A stretch of 64,000 nt of DNA from an uncultured Chloroflexia bacterium (GTDB lineage: Bacteria > Chloroflexota > Chloroflexia > QHBQ01 > JADMIH01): assembly GCA_963797095.1 (NCBI GenBank), contig CAWCNY010000004.1, forward strand, positions 608,001-672,000, read 5' to 3'. Under the pieces are notes generated by a model. It saw only the letters and a list, made by a program, of their open reading frames with translations, had not been told where the DNA came from and searched no databases. Shown here piece by piece: positions 8,991 through 19,521 of the stretch; within the stretch, counting starts at the first letter, position 1, and each line of letters opens with the position of its first letter. Both the position numbers and the translations under genes were made by a program.

Positions 8991-10197
8991 TCAAGAAACT
9001 ATCCATATCTCGCGCTGAGGGGTGCTCAACCACTCGATGCCGTCATCGGTCACCAGCACATCTTCTTCCAGCCCAACATAACCGCGATCCGGGACGGCGA
9101 CCCCTAGCTCAAGAGTGAACACGTTACCCGCTTCTACAATACCATTAGGTGTCTGCCCGTATCGGTCCCACCGTGGGCCGAGAAGAGTTCGAACCATCAT
9201 GGGCCACCCTTCCCAATCCGTGCCCTAGCGCGTGCTGGTATTCCGGATATCCAGCACTCACAAGGCTCTGGCGCGCGGCGTCGTCAACCTGCCAGCCCCG
9301 GACGCCGGGCTTGAGACGTGCCGCGCCCGCGTCGATAGCATTCCAGCATGCTTGCCAGGCGCGTGCTATATCCTCAGGGACCCCGTCTTCGCCCTCCTGT
9401 GGCACATACCACATCCGCTGGAGGTCTGAGCAGAACCCATCTTGTTGAATACCGAAATCCATGTGCAACAGGTGGCCGCGCCGCACGGTCAGGTCGCTTG
9501 GAGCCGAGTGGCCGGGAATCGATTCCGGCCCCGCATTGATGATAGGGCAGTAATCCTCGCCCCAGGCGGTGCCCAGGCCCAACGCCTTGCGGGCACTCGT
9601 CAGGCGATCTCCTATCTGAAGTTCCGTGTCGCCCACTCGCAGCGTATCACCAAGATCGCTGTAAAGTTTCTCGGTGGTCTTGATAGCCCGTTTGATGCGC
9701 TCGACCTCTATGGGCGATTTGCGTCCGCGCAGGGCCGCGATAAGGCCCTCCGCCGACACCAGACGCTGGCGATAGCCATTAGTCTCCGGCGTGTCGAATG
9801 TGACGAGCAGTTCCAGGTGCATACCATAAGTCAGACCGTCGGCAGCAGGGTCGTTCTGTGAATAGTTGATGGCAATGCTTCCAGGATTAAGGCGCGAAAC
9901 CACTTCACGAAGCGCCGGCTTGATGCTAGCGTCGTAGGCGATCACATCGGTATAACCGCCGATTGCTCGCACATTTTCCGCGTCGTATCTCCCGACGATA
10001 GCGATGCGCTCGCCTGAGGCAGAAAGCAGGAAGGCAGAGTGCCAGGTGAAATCGAGGCCCGCAATCATCGCGAGGCAGGGGTCCGGGGTAAGGGTGGTCT
10101 CGCGAGCGAATGTCAGCCAGGCATCCAGTTGCTGCTCCTGGAGCAGCGAGATCGCCTGGTCGAGTTTCTCATTCACGATCTTGAAGTCAGCGCTCAT
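8991..10197 (-). pseudogene. M24 Xaa-Pro peptidase with a +1 frameshift near 9189
   Basis: KSPIE, DFG...SDLQR, HALGHGLG..AHDG in one frame; TLLGPRW..TLE..VGLEEDV in the next; one extra A in TCGAACT. Confidence 0.8.
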
Positions 10198-10399
10198 TGA
10201 TGGCTCCTTGAATGGGTGTCAGGACATTATACAGAAACGGCACAGAAGAGTGCGCTGTTCCGTACTTCAGAATTGGACATAAAACCCACCATCTGGTAGC
10301 CACCTCGCAAAGGGTGCGCGCCATCTTTTAGGAAGGAAAGAAAAATGATACCCTCTAGGTGAAGACATCCCGGCTAAGGCCGAAATCCTGGAGGGTATC

Positions 10400-11975
10400 A
10401 TGCAGAGTAGCGAGTTTCAGGCCGTTTGCGACCTGTCACCTGCCCTCACTAGTATTGTGAAGGAATTTGAGGGGCTCGTCAAACAACTTTGGATATATGC
10501 TCAACGCAACCCGGATGCTACTTTGAGCAGTCTCGAAGAAAGAGCACGTCAACTGCGCTCGGACTGTTTCGCCTCAGCCTTAGAAGCCGCAGCCCAACTG
10601 CATCGTGCCATGATAGAGGAAGAATGGCTGCTTGGGCACAAGCAGTGTGACTGCGGGCAGACACCCCAGTACAAGGGTAAGCAGCGGCGCACTGTGCAAA
10701 CATGGGTAGGCACGGTCACATTGGAGAGAGGTTACTTCTACTGTAAAGGGTGTGGCACCGGACGCTACCCGCTGGATGAGGCTCTAGGCATACCCGCACG
10801 GGAACACTTCTCGGACGGAGTGCAACAAGGAGTGTGCCTGCTGGGTGTGCAGATGCCTTTCGAGCAGGCTGCACATGCAGTGGAGGTACTCACTGGCATG
10901 TCGGTCTCTCCAAGAGAAGCCGAGCGCATGACTGAACAGAGGGGGCTTACATTAGAGGAGGGGGCTTACATTAGAGGAGAGCTTGCAAGAGGAGAGGAGA
11001 GCTTGCAAGAGGAGAGGAGAGCTTGCAAGAGGAGAGCTTGCAAGAGGAGAGCTTGCAAGAGGAGAGGAGAGCTTGCAAGAGGAGAGGAGAGCTTGCAAGA
11101 GGAGAGGAGAGCTTGCAAGAGGAGAGGAGAGCTTGCAAGAGGAGAGCTTGCAAGCAGAAGATCAAACGCTAGGGGCAAGTCCCACCTCTCAGAAAGGTTC
11201 AAAGGTTGCAGATGGAGCATTGGGCTTGGGCACATGGGCGGCGACGCTGGACGCTGGCAAGGTGCGCTACGAAGATGGGTGGCATGACGCTAAAGCGGGA
11301 GTGGTGTTTTGGGCCGAGCCTGCATACAACGAAGCAGGAGAGATAGAGGGGGCAAGAGCCACCCATCAGAGCTATGTGGCGGAGGTCGGCTCGATGGAGC
11401 GGGCAGGAAAGCGGTTGAGTGCTGAAGCATGGAGGAGAGGGATAGGCCCTGAGGAGCAGGTTGTATGTCTGGGAGATGGGGCACCCACCAACTGGATACA
11501 GTTCGATGAGCACTTTGCCAACAGGGTAGAGGTACTCGACTGGTATCACGCCATGGAGCACCTGTGGCAAGCAGGTAATGGTATCTTCGGGCAGGGCACA
11601 CCAGACGCCGCAAGATGGGTGAAGCGTTGGGAGAAGGAATTATGGGAGGGAAGGGTAGAAGCAGTCATTGTGGCTCTACACAGAGAGAGCAAACGTGAAG
11701 GGGAGGCGGGAGAAGCGGCACGAGAGCAGATTCATTACTTCCAGACGAACAAAGAGAGGATGCGCTACTCCGAGTACCGGGCATTGGGCTTCCCAGTTGG
11801 TTCAGGCACGGTGGAGAGTGCATGCAAGCGGCTGATTGGTGCCCGTCTCAAGGGAGCAGGCATGTGTTGGAGCAAACCAGGAGCACAAGGGGTGCTGACA
11901 CTGAGAGCCGAACTGCTCAGTGAGAGGTGGGAGCAATGCTGGCCCAAAACTCGCCCTCTCAGAAAAGTCGCCTAA
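10400..11975 (+). pseudogene. DDE transposase split by a repeat-induced frameshift
   Basis: N-half (C..CG, PLDEALG) and C-half (GDGA, LDWYHA.EHL, GSG.VESACK..RLKGAGM.W) lie in different frames. Confidence 0.88.
10940..11154 (+). repeat. tandem expansion: a 19-bp duplication plus 10 GCTTGCAAG-containing units of 15 or 20 bp
   Basis: GCTTGCAAG starts at 10981, 11001, 11021, 11036, 11051, 11071, 11091, 11111, 11131 and 11146; no unique spacers. Confidence 0.95.
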
Positions 11976-12219
11976 ACGATGGCGCGCACCCCCTCGCAAA
12001 CTCGCCCTTGACATCTGTAATGTGTATGCGCTTTAATTGTTACCTGTTAGGAGGGGCTTATTCTCGCTCTCTAGCGCCAATTTATTGCGTTATACCTCCA
12101 GCCCGCGAGCCTATATCCGGAGCCCTTCTATTGTAGGACGGAATTGCCCTATGCGCTTCAAATTGATGGCGGTGGCTCACCTGATCTAGCAATTGAGTAA
12201 AACGTAACAGGAGAAAAAG

Positions 12220-12891
12220 ATGCAAGATCGAAATCTCAACATGGTTGGCGGAGTATGCGCCATTCTGCTTGGCGTGATTACCGCAACCACCATAATCACC
12301 TACATATTATTGCCATCCGAGCAAAGGCTAGCAGTGCCGGCAGCACAGATCCTGCCCTCTCTCGCGCAGAACGCTACTCCACTCCTCCTTGACCTGTGGC
12401 AGTTGGTAGCTCTCGGCGTCCTCGGCCTTGCTGTCGTTCCTGCCGTCTCCAGGTTGGTACATGCCGGACAGGAAGGCTGGGTCACCTGGGCAAGCAATTT
12501 GGGGCTTTTGGGATTCGCCGTTTCGGCGGTCAGCAATGCGCTGTCGGCTGGGCGTTTACCAGTACTTGCCTCTGCCTACGTAGCGGGTGACGACTCGACC
12601 AAAGCCGCAATCGCCGCCACCTGGCGGAGCACCCTCGACTTTCAGGGCCTGTGGCAATTCGGCGCTATCGGCTTCTGGATCCTCGTTGTGAGCATTCTTG
12701 TGCTGAGAGGCAACCTGCTGCCACCGGCCCTAACCTACATCGGCCTTGTGCTCGGCGTCCTGAATTGGTTGGGCCCAGTTGCATTATTGCTCAAGAACCA
12801 GACGTTCATCATAGCTGTTGTCGGGCCGGGCGCAGTGCTTGCCACGATTTGGTACATATGGGTTGGGCTTATTCTGAGCCGTAAGCCATAG
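12220..12891 (+). CDS. multi-pass membrane protein, DUF4386-like
   Basis: AGGAGA RBS; about 6 hydrophobic helices; G..LP..L..LG pattern. Confidence 0.75.
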   Translation: MQDRNLNMVGGVCAILLGVITATTIITYILLPSEQRLAVPAAQILPSLAQNATPLLLDLWQLVALGVLGLAVVPAVSRLVHAGQEGWVTWASNLGLLGFAVSAVSNALSAGRLPVLASAYVAGDDSTKAAIAATWRSTLDFQGLWQFGAIGFWILVVSILVLRGNLLPPALTYIGLVLGVLNWLGPVALLLKNQTFIIAVVGPGAVLATIWYIWVGLILSRKP

Positions 12892-12902
12892 CGAGAGATA
12901 AT

Positions 12903-13577
12903 CTATATCGCCTCAAATCCCCATAGTTCCGCCAGAACCCGACATACACCTGGAGTATCGAACAGAATTGGGAAGCGCTCTTCGGCCCAGTAGGAGCGAC
13001 TGGGTCCAAGGATATGCACCGGGAACCCCATACGGCGATAGAGCCGAAGCATGGCAGGGGAGGTTACGCCAATGCAGCTATCCTCCAGGCCCAGTTCATG
13101 GAAAGAATACCAGCACTTTGCCCACATTCCCAGCAGCACAGCGTGACGCATTTCGCTGTACCCTTGCACCACCACGCTCCGGCCTGCATCAGCAAAGCGG
13201 CCTTGTGGTTCAGCGATCAGGCCGAAATCCTCTTCAGTAGGCAACAATCGGTTCGGCTTCGGAAGTACTATCCTTCCCGTGGCGACAGGCGCGTCGCCAT
13301 GCCAGCCTATCATATGAATAGCATCTTCGTCGTAGGTGTCGCGCTCAATGCCCTCAGGAAAGTCTTCGGGTCGTGCCCAACCGCGCGCCATTATCGCAGC
13401 GTGGCGAAGTCTGAAGCTGACTTCCTTCTCCTGGTCAGACGCAGCAACCCTGAAAGTGACTGGTCGCGCCCGTTCCAGAAGCCGGGCCATCACCCGTTCT
13501 ATTAGATACTCCGGCAATCTGGGGGAAAGGCTGGTGCTGGTGTCAACAGTTCTACTGGCCGTCCTGGACATACCCAT
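12903..13577 (-). CDS. GNAT-fold N-acyl amino acid synthase (FeeM) / LuxI-like acyltransferase
   Basis: FRLR...GW......E.D.YD..A.H.....VAT.R pattern; RLYRRMGF..LG. Confidence 0.7.
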   Translation of the reverse strand: MGMSRTASRTVDTSTSLSPRLPEYLIERVMARLLERARPVTFRVAASDQEKEVSFRLRHAAIMARGWARPEDFPEGIERDTYDEDAIHMIGWHGDAPVATGRIVLPKPNRLLPTEEDFGLIAEPQGRFADAGRSVVVQGYSEMRHAVLLGMWAKCWYSFHELGLEDSCIGVTSPAMLRLYRRMGFPVHILGPSRSYWAEERFPILFDTPGVCRVLAELWGFEAI

Positions 13578-13637
13578 GTGCTTCGCGCTTGGTTTAGATG
13601 GCGCAACCAGTATACCACCTGTTTTCTAGTTAAACAG

Positions 13638-15266
13638 CTAGCGGATTTGCAGCGACTGGAAGGCGATCAAGAAGCCGAGGACGGCGACCATAACCGCCGA
13701 GGCCATAGGCAGGCGAGCCATCAGCCCCACGCCAAAGCGGAACCGCGTGCGGTCAAAGCGGCTCAGTAAGCCCCTGCCGTAGACCACGAGGAGACCGAGG
13801 CCCGTCAGGACGGCTGCCAGGCCGAGGCTGAACGAGAGTATCCACGCCAGGCCCAGCGCGACGCGATGGTAAGCGATGGCAGCCAGTAGCACAACCAGTG
13901 CTGTAGGACATGGGATGATACCACCTGTGATGCCCAGGGCAAGAAGGCTGCCCATAGTCACTTTGCTTCCTGCTGCCGGAACATGGGTATGTGGCTTGCC
14001 GAAAGGGCCATGTGTATGCGGCACCACAGGGTCATGCCCATGGTCGTGGTCATGCACGTGTTCGTGAGCATGATCATGGTCGTCGGAATGTTCGTGCGTG
14101 TGGTCGTGGTCGTGCGCATGTTCAATGCCATGCGCGTGCATATGATCATGATCATCGTTATGGTCATGGTCAGGAGTTTCAGTGTGATCATGAACATGGG
14201 CAGCCTTCGCGCCACGCCAGAGGCGGAAACGCTGGGCGAACATGACCACGCCCATGACCACTATGAACATACCCGAAGCAAAACCGATTATGGGATAAAG
14301 CTGATCCGGCACGATGTAGTTGGCGGCAAACAGGACAACCAGGCCCAGCGTGAATACTCCAATCGTATGGCTTATCGTCACCGTCAGGCCGAGTATGGTA
14401 GCGTGCCTGGCGGTGCCTCGTGTGCCGACCAGATAGGCAGCCACCACCGCCTTGCCGTGTCCCGGCGACAGGGCATGGCCTGCGCCCCAGAAGAAGGCGA
14501 TCACGAGTCCCAGGAGCAAAGCCCCGAACGGCAGATTATCCTGCGAAATGAGCGAGGCTACGTCGTCGATGCGTTGCTTTGCCCAGTCGACCGCGCCTTG
14601 CTCCGATTGCGAGGGCTGGGCGGCGGGTGCGGGAGCCGTGCCAGGGGCAAATATCAGCTTGGCTGAAGTTGTGTCCAATGGAGTAGAACTTGCGTTTGGA
14701 TTGTACTGAGTAAGTTGCTTAGTTTTGTCGGTCTGAGGCACATCCAACTCTTTGAACATCGTGCCTTCAGCCGGAACGGCGATCACCTCACGCCAACCGA
14801 TATTGTTCGCGAAGTTGGAATCGCGATATTCGATCCTGCCCGAAGTTGCGCCCGACAGCGGGGCGCTAAAGTGCAATTCTAGCCGCATAGTGGGCAGCCC
14901 GCCATTGCCCGGTGGAAAAGTGAGACTGCTATCGCCCCGGCTAAGCGAAACACTTGTGCCGTCAACACTAAGCGACAGACCCTGGACAAGCTTGTCGGCT
15001 TGCCGAGTAATATAGGTATTGCGCTCCTCATCAGTCAGATCGCTCGAATGATCCGGCCGTATAGCGACAAGTTCCTGAAAAGTCGGGATCTCAGCCTTAT
15101 CCACAATATAGAGGATTTCCACCTTATCCTGGCCGACGGTGAGGGCACTGTACCTGTTGATGCTGAAGTTGCCCATCGGGTGTGCGCTTGCCTGGCGCGG
15201 CGTAGCAAAGGCAGCCAGTGCAACCACCAGGGAAACTAAAAGACCTAGGCGGAATAGACGTGTCAT
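13638..15266 (-). CDS. His-rich Ni/Co transporter (RcnA/HoxN-like) with an N-terminal extracellular domain
   Basis: Signal peptide then HPMGNFSINRY; GAGHALSPGHGK; HTIGV; long His/Asp tract; GIIPCP.A. Confidence 0.88.
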   Translation of the reverse strand: MTRLFRLGLLVSLVVALAAFATPRQASAHPMGNFSINRYSALTVGQDKVEILYIVDKAEIPTFQELVAIRPDHSSDLTDEERNTYITRQADKLVQGLSLSVDGTSVSLSRGDSSLTFPPGNGGLPTMRLELHFSAPLSGATSGRIEYRDSNFANNIGWREVIAVPAEGTMFKELDVPQTDKTKQLTQYNPNASSTPLDTTSAKLIFAPGTAPAPAAQPSQSEQGAVDWAKQRIDDVASLISQDNLPFGALLLGLVIAFFWGAGHALSPGHGKAVVAAYLVGTRGTARHATILGLTVTISHTIGVFTLGLVVLFAANYIVPDQLYPIIGFASGMFIVVMGVVMFAQRFRLWRGAKAAHVHDHTETPDHDHNDDHDHMHAHGIEHAHDHDHTHEHSDDHDHAHEHVHDHDHGHDPVVPHTHGPFGKPHTHVPAAGSKVTMGSLLALGITGGIIPCPTALVVLLAAIAYHRVALGLAWILSFSLGLAAVLTGLGLLVVYGRGLLSRFDRTRFRFGVGLMARLPMASAVMVAVLGFLIAFQSLQIR

Positions 15267-15270
15267 GATG

Positions 15271-16641
15271 CTATTTCCTCACCATTTGAGCAGCCTCCTG
15301 CGCGTGCAGGATACTGAAATGCGGATTAATCGCCAGCGCCTTCTCGATGCTTGCCTGGCCTTCGGCCTGGTTTCCGAGTGCTACCTGGATCATGCCCTGG
15401 TGGTAAAAGAAGAGCGCGTTCTGCGTGCCCAGGCGCATGGCTCTCTGCATAGCTCCCTCCGCATCATTATAGCGCCCTCCCTTGTAGTAGGTCCAGGCAA
15501 CCGCATCGAGGGTATTCACATCCTGTCGCGTAGTGGAGGCGTGCTCGGCCATTGTCATTGCCGAGTCGATATCTATATCGTGGTCGGCAAGGAAGGCCGC
15601 CTTCTCAATTTCAACGTTCACCCCACCCGCTTCAAACACCTTGAAAATATAGAGCACAGTGTCATACTGTTCCTGAGCATCTTTGGTGTCGCCTGAGACC
15701 GCGTATAGGTCTCCGAGCGCCGTGAGATACTGGGGTAGAGGCACAGTGGCAACTGCCTTCTTGTAATAGTCTATGGCCTCCTCTATGTTGCCCTGCGCCC
15801 AACTCACCTGCGCCAGCCCGGCGTAGGCATGAATATATCCGGGATAGCTCACCAAAGCATCGTTGTATGCTTGCTTGGCCTTGTCTACCTGCCCGGAGTT
15901 GAAGTAGAGAGTTCCCAACTGGAAGCGGCACCACGCGGTATTTTCGGCTGCCGGGCTACCGGCATTTATCGCGCTCTGCATAGCTTCGATTGCACCGTCC
16001 GTGTCCCCGTACAGCTCACGTGCGTAAGACACACGCGAATAAGAGCCAAGGTCTGGCCGGAGATCGACCATGCGCTGGAACAACTCGACTGCCGCGTCAT
16101 ACTGTCCAAGCTCGATATGGGCATCGCCCGCGACGCCGTATGCGTAGGCATTTGATGGAGATATCGCCTCGGCCTTGAGACCCCAGTCCAGCGCTGTTTG
16201 AAACTGGTGCAGAGAGAGATTTAGAGTGCCCATGCCTGCCGCCGCATCGTAATAGTCAGGTTGAATGGCTAAGGCTTTGTTGAGCGCGTCCTGGGCCTGG
16301 GTGTAGTACGATGGGTCGTTGGTTTCGCGAGCCTTCTGTTGGAAGGCCAGGCCAAGCTCGGCGTATGCCTTGTAATCATCTAAAGTGGCCTGAATGCGTG
16401 CCTGGTCGGAGGCTATGATACGGTCCGCGTAGCCCGTCTGTGTGCCCGTTCCCGATGCAAGAATATCGGAGGGGTTCTGCACAACCGGAGGAGGAGAGGT
16501 TTGAGGCTGTAGTGCGAATAAGGAAGTTAGGGCGATACTCAGGCCACCTATGATCAAGGCCACCGCCAGCAGCAAAGTGATATTGAAGCCCGGCTCACCG
16601 GCCTCTTTCGGTTTCATTGTGGTGCTGTATGTCGCTTTCAT
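15271..16641 (-). CDS. membrane-anchored TPR protein
   Basis: N-terminal TM helix; multiple TPR-like repeats (ALAIQP, LGDLY..G, ALAINP.F). Confidence 0.88.
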   Translation of the reverse strand: MKATYSTTMKPKEAGEPGFNITLLLAVALIIGGLSIALTSLFALQPQTSPPPVVQNPSDILASGTGTQTGYADRIIASDQARIQATLDDYKAYAELGLAFQQKARETNDPSYYTQAQDALNKALAIQPDYYDAAAGMGTLNLSLHQFQTALDWGLKAEAISPSNAYAYGVAGDAHIELGQYDAAVELFQRMVDLRPDLGSYSRVSYARELYGDTDGAIEAMQSAINAGSPAAENTAWCRFQLGTLYFNSGQVDKAKQAYNDALVSYPGYIHAYAGLAQVSWAQGNIEEAIDYYKKAVATVPLPQYLTALGDLYAVSGDTKDAQEQYDTVLYIFKVFEAGGVNVEIEKAAFLADHDIDIDSAMTMAEHASTTRQDVNTLDAVAWTYYKGGRYNDAEGAMQRAMRLGTQNALFFYHQGMIQVALGNQAEGQASIEKALAINPHFSILHAQEAAQMVRK

Positions 16642-16710
16642 AGCTCTCCAGGAGTGAGGGTGTGGAGGCGGGCGAGTAAACCCGCCCCCACGATATTGCA
16701 GTGCTTGATA

Positions 16711-18333
16711 CTACTTGTTCCGGATGGCCTTGCGGCGCATCGTGTAGCCTGTCAACAGGGTGAGACCACCCAGTATGGCAAAGCCACCTATCACGAAGCC
16801 GTAGATGTCACCCAGGTGATTGATGCCGTTACCTGTCACGGGCATACCCGGAGTGGCGCCACCTGCCGGTGGGTTGGTGCCGCCCGAAGGCGGGCAAGCG
16901 GTCACGGGCGGGCAGGTAGGAGCATCCATGCCATGTGGTACCGAGCTTGTGCCGTCGTGCGCCACCGCCAGGTATGGGAAGGCATTGCGGAACGGCACAT
17001 CATTGGCATCTACGCCATCGCCGAGTTGTGCGGCGAGCAAATCAGCCTTGAAGTCGGGGTGGAACAGCGGGTACGCCGCGCCTGCAACTGCCTTGAGCGA
17101 GATGTCGGTCACGTCGTCTGCAAGGCGTCTCCCATCTGGATACCCGGCCAGGTCGCCACCCACCACACCGAGCGCGTTGGGGCTGTCCGAAGGCGGCACG
17201 CCCATGTTCAGGCGCAATTCCTCGGACGGCTTGAGTGTGTCGGTTGCGGGTTGAGTAGCACCTGGGATACCGGTCAGGAAGATCGCGACCAGGTCATCGC
17301 GAGGCGCGGGAGGCACCTGGATGTTGTAGAGCGCGTTAAAGAGCTTTCCAAGCTCAGGGTCGGTCACGCCCCCCAGGAACTGGGCATCGTCGGCGGGCTT
17401 GGAGTTATTCCACAGGTCCTTGGCGGCCAATGGCACAACCACTTCGTTGACCAAAGGAGCGCCAAGGCGGCTAACCTGCACCCAATCGCCACTACCCTCG
17501 ATTGTTGAGCCGTTGATGACGCGAGTCTGCTGGCGATAGGAGGTCGTCCAAACACCAATCACGGCATTGCCATCGGTCGGAGCGGTCACGGCACTGCCGT
17601 CCTTGGTGAGCAGACTCTTGGGGATCTGGAGTGCGATTGCCTGCACATTGTATCCCTTCAGGCCATCCACGCCGCCGCCCATGTTGCCGGGGAGTTTGCG
17701 GATGCTGAGCAGGTCAAACACGTTCAGGTCAACGAAGAAGGGATCGTCGGTCTGGCCCGCGAAGACTGTGCTGCCGTCGCTGAGGGACTGAATACCCTGG
17801 TTGCTGAGCAATTCGTAGTTGGGAGTGGACTTCGCGCCGATATTAACGGGCGGAACCTTCAGGCCGATGCCAACTTCGGTGGAGTTTCCGTCCACGATCT
17901 TCTTGACGCTGTAGGTCTGCTTGACGTTCAGGTTGGGCGAATCGATGCTGTCGATTGGGCCTGTGTTGTAGAGGAAAGTATTGCCGTTCCCTACAGTAGT
18001 GTCGAAGTCAAACTGGTAGGTGATGTGGGACTGTGCATCGCCCACGTTGTCGATGTTGATCTCATAGAGCACATCGTCACCGAATTTGAAGTAGTTGGGG
18101 CCTCCCACCGGCTCCTCGAGGGGCCAGTAGCAAGCGATGATTGTGACCGTATCCGGCTTGTCCGGACTGGTGAAGGCGTACAGGTCGGTGCCATCGGCCT
18201 GGGGGTCGTTGGCGATAAGGGGAGCTTCGCGGTGGCTGGAAGCGCTGACCTTGCCTGTGCCAGACCCGAAAACTGCCAGGCCAAGCACCAGAAGTAGCGC
18301 CACAGCCACATTGAATATCCGTGTAGCTTTCAT
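16711..18333 (-). CDS. DUF4331 family secreted protein with a sortase-type anchor
   Basis: ATG at 18333 after GAGGAG; ASSHREAP, DLYAF, FAGQ.DDPFF.D, QVSRLG.PLVNE, GYPDGRRL.DDV.D; C-terminal MPVTG + TM + RRK. Confidence 0.88.
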   Translation of the reverse strand: MKATRIFNVAVALLLVLGLAVFGSGTGKVSASSHREAPLIANDPQADGTDLYAFTSPDKPDTVTIIACYWPLEEPVGGPNYFKFGDDVLYEINIDNVGDAQSHITYQFDFDTTVGNGNTFLYNTGPIDSIDSPNLNVKQTYSVKKIVDGNSTEVGIGLKVPPVNIGAKSTPNYELLSNQGIQSLSDGSTVFAGQTDDPFFVDLNVFDLLSIRKLPGNMGGGVDGLKGYNVQAIALQIPKSLLTKDGSAVTAPTDGNAVIGVWTTSYRQQTRVINGSTIEGSGDWVQVSRLGAPLVNEVVVPLAAKDLWNNSKPADDAQFLGGVTDPELGKLFNALYNIQVPPAPRDDLVAIFLTGIPGATQPATDTLKPSEELRLNMGVPPSDSPNALGVVGGDLAGYPDGRRLADDVTDISLKAVAGAAYPLFHPDFKADLLAAQLGDGVDANDVPFRNAFPYLAVAHDGTSSVPHGMDAPTCPPVTACPPSGGTNPPAGGATPGMPVTGNGINHLGDIYGFVIGGFAILGGLTLLTGYTMRRKAIRNK

Positions 18334-18720
18334 GCGAGTAGTCTCCTCATGCCCCTCGTTGTGAATTAGAGGGGACAAATCGTTAGTTATGATTGTGAAC
18401 TGATCGTCACGGCGATGCGACTTCTTAACTCATAATTGCGAGCAGGTCATGCTGTCGTGCGCCGTAGAATTTCTGGGTTTCCCTCTCTCAAATGTTCAAC
18501 CCATGTGGACTGGGGTCATCCCTGTCGGGCCAGGGCCTCTCATGCTCGCCCACATCACCTCCTTCCATATTGCGTCTCGAAATCTACCCTTTGAGTTCGC
18601 AATCGTGCAGCCCGTATGCGGCGCTTTCTATGACCAGCCTGCTTGCGAGCATGGCAAACAAGCCTGCTGCCATACGCCAGCGACTAAAGTATTCGGCAGA
18701 GGGTGCCAATCAATCCTGCT

Positions 18721-18757
18721 CGTTGTCCCTGCGCCGGGCGCTGGCTCAGGGACAACG
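18721..18757. terminator. stem-loop downstream of the 18795-19433 gene
   Basis: CGTTGTCCCTG...CAGGGACAACG; no T-tract. Confidence 0.4.
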
Positions 18758-18794
18758 GCTGATATATACACTACGAGCAATCGTACAAATCGGA

Positions 18795-19433
18795 TTAATG
18801 GGGCTTCTCTTGCCTTATCAAATTCACCCCGACCAGAATATTCCAGGCGGGGCTGATTATGAAGCCGGTTATCCCTGCCGGGATCAAGAGGGCAAGGTTG
18901 GAAGGGTCAAGGATGATCAAACGACCAAGATATATGACAACCAGCAGTGCCGCCAGCACATATGCGAGATAGGAGAGGTTTCTGGGAAAGCCACCTCCCT
19001 TGCTCATGAGCCATGCGATCCCAAACAGCGAGAGGCCCGCCACTCCGAAGGTCAACAGGCCACGCGGGTCGATCTGGCTTGGAAGATCGGAGTTGATGGC
19101 GGCGGGTGGGTTGATGCTGTTGCTGAGGTCATAGCCCCCATGCATTACAGAGCCTATCGCCGCCACTATACCCACGATTGCTGCCCACTGAGCGCTCCCC
19201 GCATCCACAGACTTGAGGCGTCTATATAAGCCCACCATAACGAGGGTGGAGGCAATTCCGCCAATCATGAGAAAGATCGAGTAAAGGAGCGGCTCTTTGA
19301 GCAAAACGAACGAAATGGAATAAAGAAGGCCGGCAGTCCCTGCCGTAAATGCCGCGTAACCCGCGATCCTCTCAAAAGTGGCGGCGTCTTCCTGGCCTAC
19401 GGCTGCGCTTTGTACCATCGTGTGTGTTGCCAT
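18795..19433 (-). CDS. multi-pass membrane protein (DUF4386-like)
   Basis: AAGGAGA RBS; about 6 TM helices; DPRGLLTF; FPR.L.YL. Confidence 0.8.
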   Translation of the reverse strand: MATHTMVQSAAVGQEDAATFERIAGYAAFTAGTAGLLYSISFVLLKEPLLYSIFLMIGGIASTLVMVGLYRRLKSVDAGSAQWAAIVGIVAAIGSVMHGGYDLSNSINPPAAINSDLPSQIDPRGLLTFGVAGLSLFGIAWLMSKGGGFPRNLSYLAYVLAALLVVIYLGRLIILDPSNLALLIPAGITGFIISPAWNILVGVNLIRQEKPH

Positions 19434-19464
19434 TGTGGTTTCTCCTTTTCCGGTACCCGGTACC

Positions 19465-19492
19465 CAGAACTTGGAACTTGGAACTTGGAACT
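19465..19492. repeat. heptamer repeat (TTGGAAC)n
   Basis: 3-4 tandem units in the intergenic gap. Confidence 0.8.
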
Positions 19493-19521
19493 ACAATCGT
19501 GCTCCGACTACCAACTACTGA

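Larger units (their letters stand above)
10312..11991 (+). mobile_element. ISKra4-like insertion sequence, copy 1
   Basis: Terminal IRs GGGTGCGCGCCATC.TTTAGG / CCTAAACGATGGCGCGCACCC; 9-bp target duplication CCTCGCAAA at 10303-10311 and 11992-12000. Confidence 0.9.

Noticed and set aside
10940-11154. CRISPR array
   Set aside because: Units are contiguous with no unique spacers, derive from transposase codons, and no cas genes are present
14020-14200. DNA repeat element in the transporter gene
   Set aside because: Explained by His/Asp codons of the metal-binding loop
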